NCBI GenBank assembly: GCA_965222235.1
Contig: OZ244939.1
Span: 184,585 to 248,584, forward strand
Direction of reading: 5' to 3'
Length of the DNA: 64,000 bases
DNA from: Minisyncoccota bacterium
Lineage (GTDB): Bacteria; Patescibacteriota; Minisyncoccia; Phycocordibacterales; JABAAK01
Position numbers and translations under genes: made by a program. This document shows positions 58,127 to 64,000 of this stretch, in pieces (position 1 is the first letter of the stretch; each line of letters opens with the position of its first letter). The notes beneath the pieces were generated by a model. It made no database searches, was not told where the DNA came from, and saw only the letters and a program-made list of their open reading frames with translations.

Positions 58127-59092
58127 TTGAACAAAACTTTCGCGCGCATGGCGTATTTCGCGAATCAAACGAAAAACATTTATGACGGGCTGGCGTGCAT
58201 TTTTTGTGTGGTACCATACCGTACAGTTATGGATGTTCGTACCAAATTCATTCTCAGCATGTTCATCCTTGCCGGTGCGGTCGGCGCAGTCAGCGTATTT
58301 GTATACATCTCCGCAACCTCGGACCCATTCGCTGACGGCGGACAGGAAATACCCCTCCGTCCGACATCCATAGAGGACGGCGGCACGGGAGGAGTAGATC
58401 CCCTGTTCCCCATAGGAGGCGGAGAGAATAACGAGACTCCGGAAAGAAAACCGGTCGGCACCATATCTCTGGAGACTCCCGAAACGCCCGAATACGAAGC
58501 GGAAAAAGATCCCGGCAGCAGATCAAACAGGGCGCGGTATCGGGTCCGCATGCATGCCCCCTGGAGCCAGCTGCAGCACGGTACTTTCTACCCGGCAGGC
58601 GCGCACCTCTCACCGATGGTTGCCTGGGCGCACCGGCTGAAAAATACGGTGTTCGCCACCGGGACGCTTGCAAGCGACGGCATGGAAATCATGGCGGAAA
58701 CGGGAGCAACCAAAACGCTCGCCGGGGAACTGCAGGAACTCGGAAAAGAGGGACGACTCCACAACTACAACATCGGGAAGCGTATTGACGCGCCCGGCGA
58801 AGACAGCGTGATTATCGTTCTCTCCAACACCGCCCCGTTTGCGAGCGTCGTGAGCATGATAGCCCCGAGTCCGGACTGGTTCATCGCAGCACATAATGTA
58901 CGACTGTTTGAAAATAATCAATGGGTGAAAAAGAGTTCGGTTCCCGCCGTTCTGTATGACTCCGGCACCGACAGCGGAACGACCTTCACCGCGAAAGACG
59001 CGGACACCGCACCGCCCGAACCCATCCACCGGTTTGCGAAAGCGCCCGTCGTACCGATTGCCACATTTGATTTCATACGCATTGAGGATTAG
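58127..59092 (+). CDS. secreted/membrane-anchored protein with a spondin_N-like domain
   Basis: TM/signal segment (FILSMFILAGAVGAVSVFVYI). Motifs reminiscent of the F-spondin N-terminal domain (YRVRMHAPWS...FYPAGAHLSPMVAWAH...SPDWFIAAHNVRLFENNQW). The assignment is tentative. Confidence 0.45.
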   Translation: MNKTFARMAYFANQTKNIYDGLACIFCVVPYRTVMDVRTKFILSMFILAGAVGAVSVFVYISATSDPFADGGQEIPLRPTSIEDGGTGGVDPLFPIGGGENNETPERKPVGTISLETPETPEYEAEKDPGSRSNRARYRVRMHAPWSQLQHGTFYPAGAHLSPMVAWAHRLKNTVFATGTLASDGMEIMAETGATKTLAGELQELGKEGRLHNYNIGKRIDAPGEDSVIIVLSNTAPFASVVSMIAPSPDWFIAAHNVRLFENNQWVKKSSVPAVLYDSGTDSGTTFTAKDADTAPPEPIHRFAKAPVVPIATFDFIRIED

Positions 59093-60417
59093 CGTTCGCT
59101 ATGCACACGGCGCAGCACATCGCGGATAATCGCTCTCTCATCCCACGGCAACGATTTCCCCCGCACCTCCATGGTCACTTCGGCTCCTTTGCCGGTGATA
59201 ATCACCACATCCCCCGCACGCGCCATGGCAACCGCTGTATGTATCGCCTTACGACGGTCGGGCTCTGTATGCCACTTCGCACGCTCAACCCGCCTCGCGC
59301 CGGCGGCAACTGCTTCTATAATCTCTTGAGGATTATCAAAAAACGGATCAACATCCGTGATGACGATGATATCGGCTGAGCGGGCGGCCGCCTCCCCTAT
59401 CGCCTCGGCATTGTACCGCCATCGGGACGCGCCGACGCCGCCGACCACGACAATGACCCTGCCGTCCGGTTTCGCATACGCCCTGAGCGCTTCGCATACA
59501 CTTTTTATACTGAGCGGTTCATGCGCATAATCGCAAAAGACCCTGAACGACTGCCCTTCGTCAATGCGTTCCAGCCGACCGGGCAGTGTCAGCGACCCGA
59601 TGCCGTGATTAATCTGCTCCGCCGTCGCCCCGCAGTATCGCTGTGCGAGGATGATTGCGGGCAACACATTTCGCACCGTCAGCGATCCGGGATACGGAAC
59701 GGTATAGGCCTCGTCCGCGACGGTAAATGATACGGCGGTACTGTCCTGATACAGCCGCGCCCGCACATCGGCGCGACCGCCCAGGCCGAACCGAATCGTT
59801 TCATATCGGGACGACGCGCACGCCGCTATATAGTCGGCATTGTTATCGTCCGCGTTAATCAGCACGAGACGTTGTACCGCCGTGCCCCGAATCTTTTTCA
59901 CACCGCTCCGGGCATGTCTTCGGAACAGCCGACACTTGGTGTCGCGGTATCGTTCAAACGTTTTGTGCGTAACCAGATGTTCGGGAGAAAGATTGGTAAA
60001 CACAACCGCGTCATACCAGACACCGAGGTCTCTGAACTGGCGTATACCCTCGGAGGGTGTTTCAATAACGGCATGAGTGCAGCCGGCATCCGCCATAGTT
60101 TTAAGATACCGCTGCACAAAACCGCGGCCGGGCATCGTCATGTGCCGGGCGTTTGCATGCACGGTGTCCCCCACCCGTATCTCGGCAGTTGAGAGCAGTC
60201 CTGTCCGGGTGCCGGCAGCTGAGAGCGCCGCATGTATATAGAGAGCGGTTGATGTCTTGCCTTTCGTTCCGGTAACACCGATAACAATCAGCCGGCGCGA
60301 CGGATGCCGATACAGCACCAGTGCGACGATGGCGAAAAAACAATGGTAGGCGAGCAGCGCGCATTCGGGAACACAGTGTTTCAAAGCCCGCTTGATTGTC
60401 GCTGCAACAGTGCGCAT
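59089..60417 (-). CDS. Mur ligase family protein, MurE-like (UDP-MurNAc-tripeptide synthetase) with a short N-terminal domain
   Basis: ATP-binding P-loop GVTGTKGKTST. Mid-domain ...EHLVTHKTFERYRDTKCRLF. DYAHEP, and C-terminal DNPQ / GKGAE resembling the MurE DNPR / GKGHE motifs. Only about 45 aa precede the P-loop. Confidence 0.58.
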   Translation of the reverse strand: MRTVAATIKRALKHCVPECALLAYHCFFAIVALVLYRHPSRRLIVIGVTGTKGKTSTALYIHAALSAAGTRTGLLSTAEIRVGDTVHANARHMTMPGRGFVQRYLKTMADAGCTHAVIETPSEGIRQFRDLGVWYDAVVFTNLSPEHLVTHKTFERYRDTKCRLFRRHARSGVKKIRGTAVQRLVLINADDNNADYIAACASSRYETIRFGLGGRADVRARLYQDSTAVSFTVADEAYTVPYPGSLTVRNVLPAIILAQRYCGATAEQINHGIGSLTLPGRLERIDEGQSFRVFCDYAHEPLSIKSVCEALRAYAKPDGRVIVVVGGVGASRWRYNAEAIGEAAARSADIIVITDVDPFFDNPQEIIEAVAAGARRVERAKWHTEPDRRKAIHTAVAMARAGDVVIITGKGAEVTMEVRGKSLPWDERAIIRDVLRRVHSER

Positions 60418-60435
60418 AGATTCAGTATACCCCCT

Positions 60436-61506
60436 TCATCCTTCACGCAGTTCAACCATGACGGCGCGGTATGACCGCGCCGCAACACGGCGGGCCACGG
60501 TAACCGGATACAGGCGCATAAACCTGAAAAGCCAGTATCGCCACATACTCACGACAATATCCCGCGGATGTCCGTGATCAACGACCGCACCCCCGAATTT
60601 TTCCTTGAATAATGACTGGCTCTTTAAGCTGCGCTGCGCGTACGAACCGGATGACACCACCCCCAGGTTATACCGCCTGAGTCCCTGCTTCTTTGCCTCG
60701 CGTATCGCCAGATACATGGCAAATGTCGGCATGCCCGCATTGTAGCCCCGTACATCATTGCCGGAGATAAGCTGATAGGCCTCCGTTCCCGTATACATCG
60801 TCAGCACCGCGGATACCGGTTTCTTATCGTCAGGCAGGTAGCCGAGTACCAGCGATCCGTACTCGGGATTTTTTGTCAACGTATCAAACAATGTTTCATA
60901 ATACGCATACGGATGCGGCGAAAATCCTTTGAGCAACGCCGCCTGCATGAGCAGATCATGCACCGCAGAGAGATGCGTGCGAAAATCCGTTGTTTCAATA
61001 TGAAACCGAATGCCTTGTCGATTCCGTTCAAAGTTCCGCACCATACGCTTGGTGTTTTTCGCGAACCGGTTGACAATATCATCCATATCTCCGTCAAGCT
61101 GAACAATCTGTTCCGCGGACGGCTGATTAAACGAACCGGGCGTCTGCTCTGCCGGCACTGTTCTCTGCGCGGACGGCGGGTACTGCACTCTGATATGCGA
61201 TGTCCGCGGCTCCGCCTCAACGCACAGCCGGCGCAGTTCGCCATAGAAGGCAATTTCAATATTGCGGTCGCTGAAAGATCCGACGGGGCCGCGCACAGCA
61301 ACCCAGAGCGTACCCGTGAGCGGTACGCGGTACGCGATGCATTGAATATATACTTTCGGCGTGCCGGACGGATCACTGACCACAAGGGAAACGGTCCTGT
61401 GGCCGCACGCCTCCTTCCAGTTCCGGAAACACAAACTCTGATTCAACGACACATTTCTGAAATGCTTCTCGGGATCAAAGGTGTGCGGCGGCGCATATAT
61501 CAGCAT
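60436..61506 (-). CDS. FemAB-family peptidoglycan branch peptidyl transferase (FemX/MurM-like)
   Basis: GNAT-like duplicated fold of about 350 aa with the FemAB-type C-terminal region (MYLAIREAKKQGLRRYNLGVVS). Adjacent to the Mur ligase. Confidence 0.68.
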   Translation of the reverse strand: MLIYAPPHTFDPEKHFRNVSLNQSLCFRNWKEACGHRTVSLVVSDPSGTPKVYIQCIAYRVPLTGTLWVAVRGPVGSFSDRNIEIAFYGELRRLCVEAEPRTSHIRVQYPPSAQRTVPAEQTPGSFNQPSAEQIVQLDGDMDDIVNRFAKNTKRMVRNFERNRQGIRFHIETTDFRTHLSAVHDLLMQAALLKGFSPHPYAYYETLFDTLTKNPEYGSLVLGYLPDDKKPVSAVLTMYTGTEAYQLISGNDVRGYNAGMPTFAMYLAIREAKKQGLRRYNLGVVSSGSYAQRSLKSQSLFKEKFGGAVVDHGHPRDIVVSMWRYWLFRFMRLYPVTVARRVAARSYRAVMVELREG

Positions 61507-61521
61507 TACACCTATTCTACC

Positions 61522-62751
61522 CTATCCCAGCATGCTTCGTGTCCGTTTCCTCCGGTGCCTACCGATTGCGAACCGGTGCGCCTCGGCGTTCGCCCGAATG
61601 ATATCTCGCTCCCGGACGGATACATGCCCGGCACTGCCGAGAATATCCCGCGGCGCATGTTTCTCGTTTTTGACAACCGATACCACGGGCACCGCAAGAC
61701 CGTATTTCTCCAGTATCCGCTCCGCCGCCGATAACTGCGCCTTCCCTCCGTCCACAACCGCAAGATTAGGAAAGCGCCATTCTGCATGCCGAAGGCGGCG
61801 CTCCAGTATCTCCCGCAATGCACCGATGTCATCGCCCGCTTTCGCGTCGCGAACAGTGAAAGTGCGATACTCGGCGGGCGCAGGCTCGCCGTCAAGAAAA
61901 ACAACCATGACGCCGACGGTATCCGTGCCGGCGAGATGCGCGACATCATACGCTTCAATGCGGAATGTACTGTTGTCCGTTTCATCGGAAATGTTTTCCT
62001 CCTTGATGAGCGCGACATCCTGTATGTGCGTCAGCGCGAATATTCTCTTCCGTATGTCTTCCGCTTTTTCAAATTCCCGCTGTCGTGCATACCGCTTCAT
62101 TTCCCGCTCAAGCACAGTCAACAGCTGTTTTTTTCTGCCGCTGAAGAATAGGACCAACTCGCGCACCCGCCCCGCATATTCCTTCCGGTCAATCAGGCCG
62201 GCGCACATGCCGGGACAGAGTCCCAGCTGCGCACGGAAACATTTTTTTCCGTTCGGTGCCGGAGAGCAGGTGTCGCGGTACGGCAGAATGCGCCTGAGTA
62301 TCTTCAGCGCCTCTTTCAGCGTACCGCCGCGGGGGAACGGACCGAAGACATATTTGAATGCCGTGCCGGGAACGCCCTGTTCAAGATTTCTGCCGCGCAC
62401 CGTCACAACGCGCGGGAATGCCTCGTCGGTGATACCGACAAACTGAAAGCTTTTGTTGTCCTTGTCCGCGACATTGTACGGCGGTTCGTGCTGTTTAATA
62501 TATTTCGCCTCCAATATATATGCCTCAAGTACGCTGTCGGTCGGAATGGCCTCTATCCGCTTCGCCTGCTCCAGCACTTCGGACAGCCGCGGGCCGCGGT
62601 CGGCCTCAAGACGGGAGGAGAAATAGCTGCGCACCCGGGACCGCAGATCGGTCGCCCGTCCGACATACAGCATCCTGTTCCGCGCGCCGCGGAATATATA
62701 TATACCCGGTTCCTCGGGCAGCGTCCTGAAATCTATATCGTCCCGCCGCAT
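61522..62751 (-). CDS. uvrC: excinuclease ABC subunit C, short form
   Basis: N-terminal GIY-YIG nuclease (GIYIFRG...LYVGRATDLRSRVRSYF), a UvrBC-interaction region and the start of the RNase H-like endonuclease domain. At 409 aa it lacks the usual C-terminal HhH. Confidence 0.8.
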   Translation of the reverse strand: MRRDDIDFRTLPEEPGIYIFRGARNRMLYVGRATDLRSRVRSYFSSRLEADRGPRLSEVLEQAKRIEAIPTDSVLEAYILEAKYIKQHEPPYNVADKDNKSFQFVGITDEAFPRVVTVRGRNLEQGVPGTAFKYVFGPFPRGGTLKEALKILRRILPYRDTCSPAPNGKKCFRAQLGLCPGMCAGLIDRKEYAGRVRELVLFFSGRKKQLLTVLEREMKRYARQREFEKAEDIRKRIFALTHIQDVALIKEENISDETDNSTFRIEAYDVAHLAGTDTVGVMVVFLDGEPAPAEYRTFTVRDAKAGDDIGALREILERRLRHAEWRFPNLAVVDGGKAQLSAAERILEKYGLAVPVVSVVKNEKHAPRDILGSAGHVSVRERDIIRANAEAHRFAIGRHRRKRTRSMLG

Positions 62752-62787
62752 ATATATGCATGATACCGAAAAACAAATTCGGTGGCA

Positions 62788-62964
62788 CTATTCGGGACGG
62801 TTGCGGTGTTTCTGTTTCCGGTTGTACTTCGTCCGGTCCCGTTCAACACGGTGCCCGTACTGGCGATTGGTCGTGAGTTCCTTGGCAGTGGCGTTCCCCT
62901 TCTTTTTCTGTTCCAGGTTCTGAATAGTGTTGCGCAACCGCCTGGGCAGTCCTTCTAACTTCAT
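62788..62964 (-). CDS. small basic protein (58 aa), hypothetical
   Basis: Hand-translated: MKLEGLPRRLRNTIQNLEQKKKGNATAKELTTNRQYGHRVERDRTKYNRKQKHRNRPE. Lies in the 257-bp gap between uvrC and uvrA. No family recognised. Confidence 0.3.
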   Translation of the reverse strand: MKLEGLPRRLRNTIQNLEQKKKGNATAKELTTNRQYGHRVERDRTKYNRKQKHRNRPE

Positions 62965-63007
62965 ATATGCAGTATGCCGTATAAAATTGCGGTTGAGGAG
63001 CGCTCCG

Positions 63008-64000
63008 CTATCTTTTCAGCACCTTTTTCAGATACGTGCCGGTATGGCTGCCGGCGCACTTCGCCACCGTCTCCGGCGTGCCCTCGGCGATAATAGTGCC
63101 GCCGCGCAGTCCCCCTTCCGGACCGATGTCAATGATATGATCGGCGCTCTTGATAACATCAAAGTTATGCTCAATGAAAAGCACCGTGTTGCCCCGGTCC
63201 ACCAGCCGGTTCAGTATATCTATCAGTCTCCTGACATCGTCATAGTGCAGACCGACCGTCGGCTCGTCCAGCAGATACACCGTCCGACGGGTATTCGGAC
63301 GGTAGAGCTCGGAAGCAATCTTCACCCGCTGCGCCTCCCCGCCCGAGAGCGTGGTGGATGACTGTCCGAGCTGCAAATATCCCAGACCGACGTCAACCAA
63401 TGTGCTGAGACGATCATGCACTGTGGGTATATGTTTAAAAAATGTCACCGCTTCTTCCGTCGGCATCGCAAGTATCTCGTGAATGTTTTTGCCGCGGTAT
63501 GTCACATCCAGTACTTCCTTGCTGTATCGCCTGCCGAAACATTCGTCGCAGGTCACATATACCGTCGGCAGAAAGTGCATTTCAACGGCGATGGATCCGT
63601 TCCCCTCGCATTTCTCGCACCGGCCGCCGCGGACATTGAACGAAAACCTGCCGGCCTTCCAGCCGCGGTACCGCGCCTCCTCGGTCGCCGCGAACAGGTC
63701 GCGGATATGCAAGAACGCGCCGACATAGGTGACGGGAGTGGAACGGGGTGTGCGGCCGATGGGCGACTGATCAACCAGAATCACCCTGTTCAGGTCGGTG
63801 TATCCTTCAAACCCGCTCACATTGAAGTTCTTTTTCACTGTCAGCCGCCGTTCAAGTTTGTGACGGAGATTTTTGTAGATGACATCATGAAGGAGTGTGG
63901 ACTTTCCCGATCCGGACACGCCGGTAATGCCGACCATCTTCCCCAGCGGCACCGTAACGGTGCTGCCTGTAATGTTATTCACATTGATGCCGCGGAGCAC
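63008..64000 (-). CDS. uvrA: excinuclease ABC subunit A, C-terminal part (gene continues beyond the window)
   Basis: Second ABC ATPase module of UvrA with Walker A (GVSGSGKSTL), ABC signature (LSGGEAQRVKIASEL) and Walker B (YLLDEPT), plus the zinc-finger Cys pattern CEKCEGNG...CDEC. Confidence 0.9.
   Translation of the reverse strand: MLRGINVNNITGSTVTVPLGKMVGITGVSGSGKSTLLHDVIYKNLRHKLERRLTVKKNFNVSGFEGYTDLNRVILVDQSPIGRTPRSTPVTYVGAFLHIRDLFAATEEARYRGWKAGRFSFNVRGGRCEKCEGNGSIAVEMHFLPTVYVTCDECFGRRYSKEVLDVTYRGKNIHEILAMPTEEAVTFFKHIPTVHDRLSTLVDVGLGYLQLGQSSTTLSGGEAQRVKIASELYRPNTRRTVYLLDEPTVGLHYDDVRRLIDILNRLVDRGNTVLFIEHNFDVIKSADHIIDIGPEGGLRGGTIIAEGTPETVAKCAGSHTGTYLKKVLKR

Overview
The window reads as a small-genome bacterium with Patescibacteria/CPR-like housekeeping genes. 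It uses the standard genetic code: UGA serves as a stop, for example at the end of the giant RHS gene. About two thirds of the window is a co-directional, minus-strand block of core genes, many with 4-bp start/stop overlaps. In 5'->3' order on the minus strand this block contains rpoB-rpoC-dnaG-rpoD, then rpsP-khpA-trmD, then infA-rpmJ-rpsM-rpsK-rpsD-rpoA-rplQ-rplM-rpsI, and then trpS, an Asp/Asn-tRNA synthetase, scpA-scpB, a DD-carboxypeptidase and glyQS. Further along are an M23 peptidase, gltX, murG, murJ and RNase P RNA, then rnhB, an M16 peptidase, secDF, a SEDS protein, two envelope proteins, ftsEX and prfB. An IS481-family insertion sequence sits 115 bp upstream of rpoB. It has perfect 26-bp terminal inverted repeats and a 6-bp target-site duplication, both confirmed by reading the sequence directly. 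A divergent tRNA-Thr(CGU)/tRNA-Gly(CCC) pair lies immediately downstream of prfB. After it comes a visibly AT-richer accessory island of about 16 kb (roughly 41.8-58.1 kb). The island carries a membrane VWA protein, a Phd/Doc-like toxin-antitoxin pair, a 5'-truncated IS30 transposase remnant and an RHS/YD-repeat polymorphic-toxin locus. Because it combines an uncharacterised toxin/immunity pair with a clear diversification mechanism in a reduced genome, I rank the RHS locus as the most interesting system in the window. Its main gene encodes a roughly 2450-aa fused TcB/TcC-like protein with an SpvB-like N-terminus, FG-GAP/VCBS repeats, YD repeats, an RHS core and a variable C-terminal toxin domain. 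It is followed by a translationally coupled candidate immunity gene encoding a 3-TM protein. Downstream is an orphan RHS C-terminal module with its own diverged toxin tip and a paralogous immunity gene. The orphan was created by a near-identical duplication of about 884 bp. The whole RHS locus is bracketed by a 97-bp perfect direct repeat that carries an RBS-plus-ATG segment. The window ends in core genes: a spondin-like secreted protein, a MurE-like ligase, a FemAB protein, uvrC and a partial uvrA. All product calls rest on reading motifs in the translations. No database search was run.
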